From Rhynchopus sp. YZ270_cl-10 (lineage: Eukaryota): a stretch of DNA of 64,000 nucleotides. The first letter of the stretch is position 1; each line of letters opens with the position of its first letter. Of the stretch, positions 45,839-58,513 are shown one piece after another. The position numbers and the translations under genes were made by a program. The DNA lies in NCBI GenBank assembly GCA_964035575.1, contig OZ037846.1:310001-374000 (forward strand), read 5' to 3'. The notes under the pieces are model-generated. The model was not told where the DNA came from. It saw only the letters and a list, made by a program, of their open reading frames with translations, and ran no database searches.

Positions 45839-45977
45839 TTGGTACTATGGTACTATGGTACTATGGTACTATGGTACTATGGTACTATGGTACTATGGTA
45901 CTATGGTACTATGGTACTATGGTACTATGGTACTATGGTACTATGGTACTATGGTACTATGGTACTATGGTACTATG
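45839..45977. repeat. (GGTACTAT)n satellite
   Basis: Directly visible. Confidence 0.97.
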
Positions 45978-47427
45978 AATCAGAGAAAAACATTGCGAGT
46001 CGTCTTCAACAATATTATTTTCCCCCCCTCTGTATGAGTGCATACTTTCAGCACTCACGGCCCCTTGAGAGGAACAGCATCCGTCAGACGTGTTCATGGT
46101 ATTGACCAGGTATGGCTATTTACTACACCACTTTGTCATTCAACAACAAAATTCTAAAACACCTTGGTGTTTTAGTCTTTACTCAAGATATGTGCGCCCC
46201 ACAACACGACACACACCCACACACACGTCCTGGACTGGTAGGTGGCGCCTCCAGAAGCCCTATGAAGATACCTGAGGGTAAAACGTCACCCCCCTTTTTC
46301 CCCTTTTGAATAAAAAGCGACTACCAAATAAACGACATTTGCGGGTTTCCGAGCTCTACCCTCACTGTAGTGGGGTCATTTCGGAAAAATGGACAAGTTC
46401 TTGATTGATACAAATTTTGGTCGTTACCACTAGTGAGTTGCTCATAAGGTTAAATGGAACTCTGATTGTGGGCACACTTTGACGTGAACCGCTCCCACAC
46501 CACCCCCTCACTTTGAGGGAGGTCTGCTTATAGCGGGGAAATAAAAAAGAACCCAGTGGACCTACCACCCGTTTTGCCTCCTGGTGCAGGGCCTGCAGGG
46601 CCAGCACATCCACATCCAAAGCGGAATCACCTGAATTGAGCATGGTCATGTCTTCTGTAGGGTCGAAGTCGCTCTCGCAGTCCTCTCTCTCCTCGTCTGG
46701 CACTTCCTTACCCACCTGTTAATAATTTGCTCCAAGGGAATTTGTGCAAAACCAAGAACTTGTCCAATTCTGCAAATGACCCCACCACATGTGCGGACGG
46801 ATTCCAAAAAATGCAACTAGAGACGTTTTCGAACATTTTTGAGGTTTGGGTTCTCATAGAAAATCTGGTTATATTTTGGGGTGTCCCGGGGGTGCCACAC
46901 TAACACCCACCTACACACACTTTCACACCATTTCACCGAATTACACCCATAAAGCAGCACTGTAAGGCACTGGAAGTGCGTTATGTGGGGTTTGAGAGTA
47001 CTCGAAACAAAAAAGGTGGGCGTCGGGCTGCTATTTCTTTTTACCTCCTGATTTGGCAGGGTAGCAACCGGGGAGGGCTGGGAAAAACAAAATTCCACCA
47101 TATTCAGCAGAAAAAATTCATTCGCTTTTTCCGTTTTCCCCACTCTAGCTCCTCCCCGCACGTACATTTCGCACTAACGGTGCCAATTGATAACAGATTC
47201 CCCCCTCACTCTCCCCTTTTTGTTTTTATTTTGATTTCTTTGACCACTAAGAGTACGATCATAAACCCCACATTACACCCACTTTCACCCCATTACACAT
47301 GAATTACAACACCTTGGTGTTTTGGTCTTTACTAAAGGGATGTGCGGACAACACCAAAAAAATTGAAATTTTTCGCGATATTTGGCACTCCAAAAATTTG
47401 CCGGAACCGAAAACTGTGTAGTTTGGG

Positions 47428-49952
47428 TAGGCCTCCCCAACGTCTTTTATATAAAAGACGTCTTTTACGTCTTTTACGTCTTTTAATGTCTTTTAAAATC
47501 TGGGTTTTTGGGGATAAAAGACATAAAAGACATAAAAGACATTGTTTTGACGTAAGCTGCAGAACACCACTAACCCCAACCCCAACCCCACACTTCATTT
47601 CACACCACAGAAGGTTTATTGAGGAACATTAAATAAAAAAAAGAAAAAAAGATGCCGAAGGCAAAATGTTGGACTGGGGATCTGTTGAAGATTGTCTCGG
47701 GGAAGCTAGAGTGCGAGTGCGGAGACACTATGGGTAAATCTTCAAACGCTGAACGCAGGAAAGGTCACATTTTGCATTGCGAGCAAGCTACGGACGCGCA
47801 GAAGAAGAGAGCGAAGGACGAGCTTGCGGCACTGGAGAGGAAGAGGAAGAGGAAGAGGAAGAGGGATGAAGCCGACGCAGAGGACGACGACGACGACGAG
47901 GAAGCTGCTCCAGCGCAGGGGAACGAAGTCACAGCTGCCAACCCAGTGCCAGGGGAAGAACCACCAGCACCACCTACCGTGATCGATGCGGATGAGCCAG
48001 TGCTGCCTTCATCCAACCTCACAGAACCCCCAAGAACTCAGACCTCCGATTTAGTTCCCGCTCCTCCTCTTCCCAAAAGACAGCGTCAGTCGTTGCTTCA
48101 CGTCTCTCCTGCAACAACCGCCACACAGCAGACGCGCATCGACATGGCGCAAGCGCGCTGGTGGTTCTCCGGAAATATTCCGTTCAACCAAACCCGCAAC
48201 CCTTTTTTTAAAGATTTTGTCCGTGAATTGCGGGGGACGGTGAGACACATTGCGACCGATGACATGTTGCGAGACTCGTTGCTGAATGCCGTGTACGACG
48301 AAGAAGTCACCCCCCTCATTCAGCAGCTCGAAAAGGAGGAATACGTCGTCCTCCACGCCGATGCTTGGTTGTCACGGCACAACAAAGACCATGTGATCTC
48401 GTTTACCGCAACAGCTCCGTGGCGCCTCAACCTTGAGACGGCGACAATGGAGGAGAAGAGCTTCACCGCCGCCATCCTGCTTACATACTTCCAGAAAGTA
48501 GGGTCGGAGAGGACAGGGGTCAAATGGGTGGCTGTGGTGGTTGATGGGGGCTCGAATGTGTGGTCAGCAGCGAAACAGTGGGCCGAGGCGAACGGGATTG
48601 TGTGTATTTTGTGCGTGTGTCATTGTGCCAATCGTTTTTTAAACGACACAATCGGGTTCAGGCAGAAGAACAAAAAGCCTGTAAAGATGCCCTTTACACA
48701 CGTGTCGGAGTGGGTACACGCAATGATCTCCGCTATCAGGAATACGGAATCATTTCGTAAAACGTACCTGAAGAAACAAGTGGAGTTGAACTCCACCAAC
48801 AAGGGACTTCCCCATGCACCCATGGATGTCCGCTGGTTGACGACCTGCACCGCGTTCGAGGACATTGCAGGGAACATCGAGGTGTTGCGCGCCATCAACG
48901 ACGACCCCGAGGAGGCATCCCTCTAGAGGCAATATCCTCAAATCACGAGGCTTTTCGACGACATGGGGTTCTTCCAGGAATTCCATTTTACCCTAAAACT
49001 GTTGAAGCCTGTGAATGCGCTAATCCTGATGCTAGAGGGCGATGAGGCAAGGCTGGGACAGGTGATTCCGTGCTGGTGGGCGATGAAGAAGTACTTCAAC
49101 ACACTGACGGTGCCCCCCACGTTGCAAGAGAAGTTCGACACGGTAGTAGAGTCACTTGACAAACGCAAAACCCGCTACGAGAACTGCCCCGTCTGCCTGA
49201 CCGCCATGATTCTCCACCCCAGCCTCTACATCGAACAAGAAGTGAAAGAACCGTCGTTGCTGACCCCCTTCTTGAAACTCTTCGACCCTGCTGAGTACCT
49301 GAACAAAGCTGAGAAAGCAGTGAAGACCCTTGGGGGAGAGCAAGCGGAGCAGGAGCTGGTCGACTTCATGACCAAAGAGGGCAAGTACCAGAGCACCAGC
49401 ATGTGGGCTAATGCCAAACAGAAGAACGTATGTGATCAAAAATAAACACTTCCTTCTATTTTCCTCACGACAGCCTGAAGATTGGTGGAGAATTGCAGCT
49501 AAGCTGATGAGAGGCACGTCACTTCCAGCGCTGGGAGTGAAATACTGTCGCATAGTTCCGCACTCGGCCAACCAGGAGAGGTTCTTCTCCATGATGGGAA
49601 GAATCAGTGACGGCCGCGAGTGCCTGGATATCCAGCGTTTGCACAAGATGAGTGCTGTAAGCACGTGTTTGCATGACAAGATAAAGAGCAGGCAAAAATA
49701 GCCACTGTTTACCCTCTCTACAAGGGAAAAAAAAAAACCAAAAAATCAAGATCAGAAGCAAAAATATCAAAAACGTCAGAAAAACCCATTTGTACCCTTC
49801 TCCACTGTTCCCCTCCAGCCAGTAACCTCTACGAGTGCATGTATACCACCATGGTCTTTTATATGTCTTTTACGTCTTTTATATGTCTTTTATGTCTTTT
49901 ATACGTCTTTTATGTCTTTTATTTTTGGGGTAGACGATTTTGGGGAGGCCTA
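47428..49952 (+). mobile_element. hAT-transposase-encoding TIR element
   Basis: 12-bp TIR TAGGCCTCCCCA/TGGGGAGGCCTA; GTCTTTTA subterminal repeats at both ends; no 8-bp TSD. Confidence 0.88.
47652..49701 (+). pseudogene. hAT transposase with one in-frame TAG (48924-48926) and a 46-nt intron (49428-49473)
   Basis: N-terminal Cys/His finger, NLS, NIPF..NPFF, HADAW, VVDGGSNV, CVCH, DVRW, and dimerisation domain WW...HSANQERFFS; GTATGT...CAG intron restores the frame. Confidence 0.85.
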
Positions 49953-50180
49953 GTGTATACTGTGTATACTGTGTATACTGTGTATACTGTGTATACTGTG
50001 TATACTGTGTATACTGTGTATACTGTGTATACTGTGTATACTGTGTATACTGTGTATACTGTGTATACTGTGTATACTGTGTATACTGTGTATACTGTGT
50101 ATACTGTGTATACTGTGTATACTGTGTATACTGTGTATACTGTGTATACTGTGTATACTGTGTATACGGTGTATACGGTG
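49953..50180. repeat. (TGTATACTG)n satellite
   Basis: Directly visible; abuts the right TIR of the hAT element. Confidence 0.97.
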
Positions 50181-51149
50181 TATGTTGTGTACTGTGTTCT
50201 GTGCAGAAATTGACCAAAAACGAGAACTTGTCCATTTCGGCAAATTGACCCCACCACTGGCCGGACGGATTCCGGAAATGCAAATGCCGGCGTTTAAAAG
50301 CTTCACCAACGAAAACAAAATATTTTTCCAACACCGGTATACCCCCCTTATCAGCATGACAACTGGTAGAAACACGGGGAATCGGTTAGGGCGCCACACC
50401 AAGTGGTGTTTCTTTTCCCGAAGTCATGTAGCTTTCGAGATGAGCTCTGCCTGAGATGTGTGGTGGGCGTGTTGCTTTGAGGACCTCCCAGTCGCGTACA
50501 ATCGCCCCCATCGCGACCATGTCACGTATGTCTACCTGAGTGCAGTTATCTTCGATGAAGGTGAGGAGGGTGCTTGTACTCTTGTCTTCCGGGTGTTCCA
50601 AGAGGAGTGCGCATCGATGTGCAGCAGCTCCTTACTCCTTTCCCGTGCAATTCTCCCAACGGCGCGTCAGGTCATCGCGCACAGTCCTGCACAGTGCTGC
50701 TCTCCACTGTTTCTCAGTCAGTGCAGAAAAAAATCGGGGGGGCCCGGGGTATTGTAATTAATTAAATGATCTGCACGCACCCACACGTCACACCCTCACA
50801 ATGTCACACTCACCCAACACACAACAAATTATTTTAGTAAACGGATGCTACACTCGCGCATGGATGACACGCCAATTTGAAATCATGCACGTAATACCAC
50901 AGCAGAAATAATTTTGTGCTCTCATCATCACTCTAAACACATTCAGGTACGACGAGATCTTTGTTCCTGCTGCGTCAAGAGTTCATCGGGATGTGTGGCG
51001 AGGCTTTATGTTCCTCTCATACTGGCCCGTTCCAGCAAAAAAAGCCCACTTTTGCGATGACACCCGATGACACCCGATGACACCCGATGACGCCCGATGA
51101 CGGCCGATGACACCCGATTTAGCGCGATTACCCCCCCCCCCCCCCCCGG

Positions 51150-53574
51150 TAGGGGGCGTAATGGCCTTAAGGAAGGGTGAAGCCAAACCACAAAAAACGG
51201 GAAAAACTACTTTTGACCAGGGAAAAATGCCAAAATCCACCTCAAAAACACCCTGGGACCCCCTGTCGGGCAAAAATTGGCACCAGAACCATGAAAAATG
51301 CAAAAAAAATGGTGAAATATGGTGAAATATGAGGTAAAATGGGTGAGGGTTGGGAGGGCACTTTTTACAAAATTTTCTGATCCCCCCCGTCTCCCCTCTT
51401 ATGCACAAAACTGGCTAGATATGTTATGTGCCCCTCCCCCTCTTCCCCTTTCCCCTTGGTCTGTGCACTCTCAGTGTCTGCTTGTCCGATGGCGGGGTGT
51501 ACGTCTCCGTGGCAATAGCCTTGGCAACGTCCTTCTTCAGTAGTGGCTGAGTAGCAGGGAGCCCCAATTTCTCATACTGTTCACGAAGCTCGTGGGATTT
51601 AAACTTCTTTGCGAGTCTGTTTTCTTCCGCCACCTTAGTGTCCACTGCGTGTATCCTCTTGTACACTTCTCGGATTGACTCCACAGGCTCCTTCTGTGCA
51701 GCAACTATGTCTTTCATTTTTAATGGGATGTGGGCCAATGATTTGGAGTTGTATCCCCACATGGCCAGGCCGAGAACAGTGCATGGGTTCGTCTGATTCA
51801 TGAGCCTGCCAGAGACCCAAGCAAGGTAGCCGTTAAACCCCTCGACATAGTCGTTGGTGCATGCGGTAGCGTTTCTCTGGGCTTCTGTGGCGTTCGAAGG
51901 CTGTGGCCAAGAAGAGAGGTAGCGGGTCCACGTTTCCTCCATCACTCCCGCAGTTTCCTTCAGGAGCTTCTTGAACTTCACGACGTTACCCTTTGTTGTG
52001 GCTATTGTTTTGGCCTGGGTAACGCCGACCAGCTCCTCAGACACCCACTCAGGAAACACCCCCTTTTTCAATACAGAGATGAGCTCTGTAATAGCAGGGT
52101 ACCCAACTTCTTCGGCGTACTTGGAGTTTTTAACTCCGTCCTTCTTCAGGTACTGCAATGCCTTCAGAAAAAAGGCATTCACAAGTGTGAGCACCGCAAG
52201 CACAAGGCGGGTTTCCCTGTCTTCGAGGAGGTGCTCCAGGGCATCATTCTCAATGGTGAGATGTCCCTTAGCCACCAAGTCCTTGTACCTGCCAGTGTGG
52301 TGCAAGATACGGGCAGCATTCGTACTAATGTACGCAAAATGGCTGCCGACTTCACGCTGCAGAGTCATGCCCGCCGGCCATCTGCCTTCTTCCGCAATGG
52401 CGTAAGCCCTCACTGCCGACCCGCTCTTCGTCGTCCACGCAGTTGCTCCGGCGTCACAAGCGGTGGCGAAGCTTCCGATCCAGGTCTTGAGACGGTCTGA
52501 GCCGTCGTCAAGTGTATTATCCAGACCATCAAGCAAAACCGTCTCGGTTTGGTAAGCGTCCGAAAGTGTCCAAGCGTCCCCACTCTTGCATTGGGGTTTG
52601 GGGTGCATCCCTTAACGTACTTTCCCCCAAACATGGTGGGTTACACCCCCCAGGAGGTGGCAGGATGACATGTGGGGGTCCTTGGAGGCCAACGACGTGT
52701 ACTTACAACTTTAACTTGAAAAAAAATATGAAAAAATACGCAAAAAACGCAGCAAAATCGGGCTAAAATAGGGCCTCGGAGCCCAAAAAACCCAAAAAAA
52801 TGTCATATTTTCGACTGATAAAGCCCCAAAAACACATATAAACACCCTGATAACCCCAGAAAAATCATTTTGGGTGTGTTTTGGACACTTTAGATGACGC
52901 TACAGCACTTTGGGTGGTCATGCAACACATGCGGGGTATTTGAGGGAAAGGTGCGTTTTGCAACCGTTACGCAACCGTTACGCGATGCAAGAGTGGATTT
53001 TGGGGCGCATCCCTCGACGTACTTTCCCCCAAACATGGTGGGTTACACCCCCCATGAAGTGGCAGGATGACCTGCGGGGGTCCTTGGAGGCCACAGACAT
53101 GTACTTACAACTTTAAATTGGATTTTTTTTTGAAAAAAAACTCAAAAAATACGGTAAAATTGGGCAAAAATGGGGCCTTCACGGCCTTTTGCCACAAAAA
53201 TAAACCCATTTTCGACGAAATTTTCCCCAAAATCACATAGAAATACCCATACAAACCCCAAAAAAATCGATTTGGGTGTGTTTTCGACACCTTAGACGAC
53301 TCCAAGTCACTTTAAAGTTCCATGCAAGAGTAAGCCTTAAATCGGCCTTTTTCCGTAACATTTTTGTAACATGTTTTGGAGTCATTTTTTCAAAAAAAAC
53401 CAAATTGTTTTTGTCCCTAAGTCGTCCATTGGTGGTTTCAGTGGGTTCTCTGACCTAGATCGTAGATCCCAGGGTGTACCCCGCCGGTTTTTAGCAGATT
53501 TATTAACTTTTTCCGGGAAAAAGGTGAAAATATTCAAAAAGCTTCACCCTTCCTTAAGGCCATTACGCCCCCTA
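51150..53574 (-). mobile_element. TIR DNA transposon with truncated transposase-like ORF
   Basis: Perfect 34-bp TIR TAGGGGGCGTAATGGCCTTAAGGAAGGGTGAAGC; C-run-GG on both flanks; internal ~400-bp tandem duplication (52600 vs 53002). Confidence 0.88.
51424..52608 (-). pseudogene. Probable C-terminal half of a DDE transposase (hAT/MULE-like)
   Basis: 394-aa ORF inside TIRs; TNDYVEGFN resembles the catalytic-Glu motif; the ORF start runs into the internal duplicated repeat. Confidence 0.55.
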
Positions 53575-53762
53575 ACCCCCCCCGGAAAACGCTCCACAGG
53601 CGGGGGGAAAAAAAGTGAAGGGGGAAAAAAACCCTGATCCGTATTCCACCCAAGAGGGCTTTTGTTGCAGTTCCGAGCGAATCACGGCTAGTGCAGTTAT
53701 CAAGAAAGGTGCGTCAAACATGAAGCAAGTGCCAGATGTAAATCTGAGCAAACACAACAGTG

Positions 53763-55478
53763 CTACTTCACGGAACACATCTGAGAGCAACACACAACAC
53801 TGCACGTCCCAGAAGGAACTGCGTGTGCTGGTGTGCCAACCCCTCCCGCAGCTGTCCATGCCTCAGCAACGTCAAGGTCAGACTGCTCACCAAGCAGGTA
53901 CCCACGCACGGCAGTGTTGTACTCCTCCCAATGCTTCTTCCCACCTATCATGTACATCCACTCGTCAACTGCTCCTGCTGAAGCACTCAGCTGAGCCATC
54001 ACTTCCGCCACAACCTGTGCCTCACAGCCAGAGGCAACCTCCACCTTGCACGGAAGCAGACGCAGCTGGTGTTCGCACTCAGCATCGCTGAAGCATATCC
54101 TGTTGCACACCACATCACACCCCAGCATACGCCCCACACGTTCCAGCCCGTTCACATCACGCACAAGCTCCCCCACCATGCTGAACCGACGCATCACCTC
54201 ACAACCCATGTCACCACGCAGCACCTTCCCAGTCGCAACACCAGCATTCACCTTCTCACAAAAGCTGCTCGCACCCTTCAGAAGCAGGCTTGCTGCGTGC
54301 AGTGCAGATGTGGCATGTGTCGCACACTGCTTCGAGGCGTTGAACGAACAGTGGATCCTGTCCCCGATGAACACGTCCACCATCCCACGTCTTGTCTCTG
54401 TTGCCTGCAGGGTCTTCAGGAGGAGAGTGGTGAAGAAGGAGGAGTAGGTCGCACTGTCCTTCTCCAGCAAATGCAGGGTGTCCTTCACGTTCAGTGTCAG
54501 CAGGGTTGCATGTACTGAGGACAGACCCAGTGGCAGACACACTGGCATGTTCGACGTCGAAAGTCTCGAATCAAACGAGTCAGAGCGTCTAAGTGTACTT
54601 TGCGTGGACTCCGACTGTTCATCCACATCCTGAAACGGCAGACACGTCTTCGGGAGGTACGCTTTGTACATGCGCAGGTTCTTCTCCAGTCTCCACAGGG
54701 CAGCAGTCATCCCCTCAGGCAGGTCACCCCCATGCACGTCCAGCATCTCCGCCACCTGCTCCACGTCGTACCCCGCAAGAAGCGACGCAATCTCCTGCAC
54801 AACGCTGATCGTGCGCCTCATTGACTCCTGTTCCTTCAGCACGTTGTGCGCAAACCTGCGTGTCACGAAGAAGTCGATCAGGAAGACAGCAACAGTGGAA
54901 ATAAGGCCAAAAGGGGGAAATGACGTCTTGCAGGGCAAGAACTCGCAGTCTGTCTTTTCCAGAATCAGCGCTCTCCTGCTGTGTTCACCTTCGTGCGGCA
55001 ATGACCCAGGAAAGTCAAACAAACCAAACCTGAAGGATTCCTCACATCCCATGAGACACAGCCACACCACTGTCGCACCCACGAACCATGCACTGTACCG
55101 TGATGGCACTTCCATCACAAGCAACATGTCCACAACCAGGATCAGAATTGGCCAGGCAAAGTAACCAAAAGTACGTGTGTCCAAATCCCACATGAAGAGA
55201 CCAATGCCAGAGATGTACATGATGCCCACCACAAACGTGGTGTGCAGTTGCTGCTTGCAGAGCACCTTAACAATGGCGATCAACCCAGCTGTGACGATTA
55301 TGCAAGACCCGATTTTGAAAACAATCTTGGGCTGAACGTCGCTCTGCTCCTGAAGCAAAGTGGCAAGAGTAGTAGCAAATACTGTAACCACACAGAACAC
55401 AAACATGGTGGTGCGCTTCTTCACCTCGTCAGCACTGAGAGACCCATCAATGGTCAGTGCGCTGTTCAGGCACCGCAT
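53763..55478 (-). CDS. Multi-TM cyclase-like protein, copy 4
   Basis: Intact paralog with a distinct linker. Confidence 0.8.
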   Translation of the reverse strand: MRCLNSALTIDGSLSADEVKKRTTMFVFCVVTVFATTLATLLQEQSDVQPKIVFKIGSCIIVTAGLIAIVKVLCKQQLHTTFVVGIMYISGIGLFMWDLDTRTFGYFAWPILILVVDMLLVMEVPSRYSAWFVGATVVWLCLMGCEESFRFGLFDFPGSLPHEGEHSRRALILEKTDCEFLPCKTSFPPFGLISTVAVFLIDFFVTRRFAHNVLKEQESMRRTISVVQEIASLLAGYDVEQVAEMLDVHGGDLPEGMTAALWRLEKNLRMYKAYLPKTCLPFQDVDEQSESTQSTLRRSDSFDSRLSTSNMPVCLPLGLSSVHATLLTLNVKDTLHLLEKDSATYSSFFTTLLLKTLQATETRRGMVDVFIGDRIHCSFNASKQCATHATSALHAASLLLKGASSFCEKVNAGVATGKVLRGDMGCEVMRRFSMVGELVRDVNGLERVGRMLGCDVVCNRICFSDAECEHQLRLLPCKVEVASGCEAQVVAEVMAQLSASAGAVDEWMYMIGGKKHWEEYNTAVRGYLLGEQSDLDVAEAWTAAGGVGTPAHAVPSGTCSVVCCSQMCSVK

Positions 55479-56779
55479 CGTTGGGCTTTTGATCCTCACA
55501 AACCTTTGCTGTGTGTGGAGCAGGGGTGTGTGGATGTGTGTTGTGTGCACTGGTGGGTGGTGTGGGTTCAGTGTTGGGAGATGGACGTAACCGCCACAAT
55601 CGGGGTGCTTTGCACAGAACTTAACGCTATATTCGCTTTTCCAAAAAAGCGAATAAAAGACTCGTTCGCTTTTTGTTCACTTTATTCGCAAAAGCGAATA
55701 TACCAGACCTGTGTTCGTGCACTTTCGGCACAACGCCACAGACAGGCCAAACATCGTTAGACTCAGAGGAGTGCCTGCTGCAGCATCAATCATGAGTAAA
55801 CTCCCAGCAACAAGGGGCGCCTTTTGGCGGGCGTTGTTGAGGGTATTTGGGGTGCAAAGTTTTCCACAATTTTGATGCGCGGGTACAGAAATGTTGTCTT
55901 GTTATTTCATCTCTAGGACCGGGAAAACATGGCCACGGGTGCGAATGTAAATGTCAATCGCGTTTAACCACTGGGGATCACGCTACTACCACCCGCGATG
56001 ACTTGGATCAAAACGATAATTCAGAACAAAACAACACCTTGGCCCGTACCCACTAAATTGCCGCGCTTCAAGAGCATGACCTGACCAAAAATACTGTGAT
56101 AAAAAGGCAACATGCCCAGCCACAAGGAGCGTGAATTGCGCTTTGGGTTTTCTGGGGAACGTAATATTGTGCCTACTCCTCTGCAAGCAGAAGAGAGACT
56201 TTCCTGAAGGTTTCCAAAGGTAGAATTACTTTGCAATGCTATGCTCCCTGGGTTAAAGTTGCTATGGCAGTGACTGACGTTCCCACCAACACCAAGCAAC
56301 ACGACTGCACCTGCAGCATGGCGCCTTTATCTTGGCGTCGTTGCCGCCCACGGTTGCGGGTATTGGGGGATCTAAGGGGACTCACACACTACTTGACAAA
56401 AAATACTTTGCTTTTTATTTGCGTTTCACTCGCTTTTCCATTCCTTATTGATTCGCTTTATTCGCCACGTTGCAATGCCTCATACGCTCAACGTCTTCGA
56501 AGCGCAGCAACAGTGTGGGCAACATCAGCACTGTTCCGTGCAGAAACACAGAAATTGACTGTTGGGTAAGAACTACATTCCCATCTCGTTCATCACTCGA
56601 TAAATGACGGTGGGCTTTACATTTCGTGGAATCATGAATTCGACACAGATTGGTATTAGAAACTAAATCAAACGTAACGTAACTAAACTGGACCAAACAT
56701 TTCCCAAACACAGTTATCAAGAAAGGTCTGTTGAACATGAAGCAAGTGCCAGATGTAAATCTGAGCAAACACAACAGTG

Positions 56780-58513
56780 CTACTTCACGGAACACATCTG
56801 AGAGCAACACACAACACTGCACGTCCCAGAAGGAACTGCGTGTGCTGGTGTGCCAACCCCTCCCGCAGCTGTCCATGCCTCAGCAACGTCAAGGTCAGAC
56901 TGCTCACCACGCAGGTACCCACGCACGGCAATGTTGTACTCCTCCCAATGCTTCTTCCCACCTATCATGTACATCCACTCGTCAACTGCTCCTGCTGGAT
57001 CACTTTGCTGATCCATCACTTCCGCCACAACCTGTGCCTCACAGCCAGAGGCAACCTCCACCTTGCACGGAAGCAGACGCAGCTGGTGTTCGCACTCAGC
57101 ATCGCTGAAGCACATCCTGTTGCACACCACATCACACCCCAGCATACGCCCCACACGTTCCAGCCCGTTCACATCACGCACAAGCTCCCCCACCATGCTG
57201 AACCGACGCATCACCTCGCAACCCATGTCACCACGCAGCACCTTCCCAGTCGCAACACCAGCATTCACCTTCTCACAAAAGCTGCTCGCACCCTTCAGAA
57301 GCAGGCTTGCTGCGTGCAGTGCAGATGTGGCATGTGTCGCACACTGCTTCGAGGCGTTGAACGAACAGTGGATCCTGTCCCCGATGAACACGTCCACCAT
57401 CCCACGTCTTGTCTCTGTTGCCTGCAGGGTCTTCAGGAGGAGAGTGGTGAAGAAGGAGGAGTAGGTCGCACTGTCCTTCTCCAGCAAATGCAGGGTGTCC
57501 TTCACGTTCAGTGTCAGCAGGGTTGTCTTTGCCGAGGACAGACCCAGTGGCACGTACATTGGCAAGTTCTCATTTCTCGAATGTGAGGACTCTGTGGATG
57601 TATCTGCTGTTTCTACCACGTCGCCGTCTTCACTATCTGCTTGCACCGTCTTTTCCACCTCATCCTGAAAAGGCAGACACGTCTTCGGGAGGTACGCTTT
57701 GTACATGCGCAGGTTCTTCTCCAGTCTCCACAGGGCAGCAGTCATCCCCTCAGGCAGGTCACCCCCATGCACGTCCAGCATCTCCGCCACCTGCTCCACG
57801 TCGTACCCCGCAAGAAGCGACGCAATCTCCTGCACAACGCTGATCGTGCGCCTCATTGACTCCTGCTCCTTCAGCAGATCGTGCGCAAACCTGCGTGTCA
57901 CGAAGAAGTCGATCAGGAAGACAGCAACAGTGGAAGTCAAGTCAATTGGGGGAAATGACGTCTTGCAGGGCAAGAACTCGCAGTCTACCTTTTCCTGAAT
58001 CAGCGCTCTCCTGCTGTGTTCACCTTCGTGCGGCAATGACCCAGGAAAGTCAAACAAGCCAAACCTTAAGGATTCCTCACATCCCATGAGAAACAACCAC
58101 ACCACTGTCGCACCCACGAACCATACACTGTACCGTGATGGCACTTCCATCACAAGCAACATGTCCACAACCAGGATCAGCATTGGCCAGGCAAAGTAAC
58201 CAAAAGTGCGTGAGTCCAAATCCCACAAGCATATTGCAATGCCAACGAGGTACATGATGCCCACCACAAACGTGGTGTGCAGTTGCTTCTTGCACAGCAC
58301 CTTAACGATGGCGACCAACGCAGCTGTGACGATTATGCAAGTCCCAATTTTGAAAACAATCTGAGGCTGAACGTCACTCTGCTCCTGAAGCAAAGTGGCA
58401 AGAGTAGTAGCAAATACTGTAACCACACAGAACACAAACATGATGGTGCGCTTCTTCACCTCGTCAGCACTGAGAGACCCGTCAATGGTCAGTGCGCTGT
58501 TCAGGCACCGCAT
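56780..58513 (-). CDS. Multi-TM cyclase-like protein, copy 5
   Basis: Intact paralog. Confidence 0.8.
   Translation of the reverse strand: MRCLNSALTIDGSLSADEVKKRTIMFVFCVVTVFATTLATLLQEQSDVQPQIVFKIGTCIIVTAALVAIVKVLCKKQLHTTFVVGIMYLVGIAICLWDLDSRTFGYFAWPMLILVVDMLLVMEVPSRYSVWFVGATVVWLFLMGCEESLRFGLFDFPGSLPHEGEHSRRALIQEKVDCEFLPCKTSFPPIDLTSTVAVFLIDFFVTRRFAHDLLKEQESMRRTISVVQEIASLLAGYDVEQVAEMLDVHGGDLPEGMTAALWRLEKNLRMYKAYLPKTCLPFQDEVEKTVQADSEDGDVVETADTSTESSHSRNENLPMYVPLGLSSAKTTLLTLNVKDTLHLLEKDSATYSSFFTTLLLKTLQATETRRGMVDVFIGDRIHCSFNASKQCATHATSALHAASLLLKGASSFCEKVNAGVATGKVLRGDMGCEVMRRFSMVGELVRDVNGLERVGRMLGCDVVCNRMCFSDAECEHQLRLLPCKVEVASGCEAQVVAEVMDQQSDPAGAVDEWMYMIGGKKHWEEYNIAVRGYLRGEQSDLDVAEAWTAAGGVGTPAHAVPSGTCSVVCCSQMCSVK

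Noticed and set aside
48924..48926. Alternative genetic code with TAG as sense
   Set aside because: Single instance in a transposon; TAG terminates the cyclase-like and RT ORFs normally
45751..51116. One large element bounded by GATGACACCC/GATGACGGCC repeats
   Set aside because: The two clusters are in the same orientation and I found no TIR or TSD
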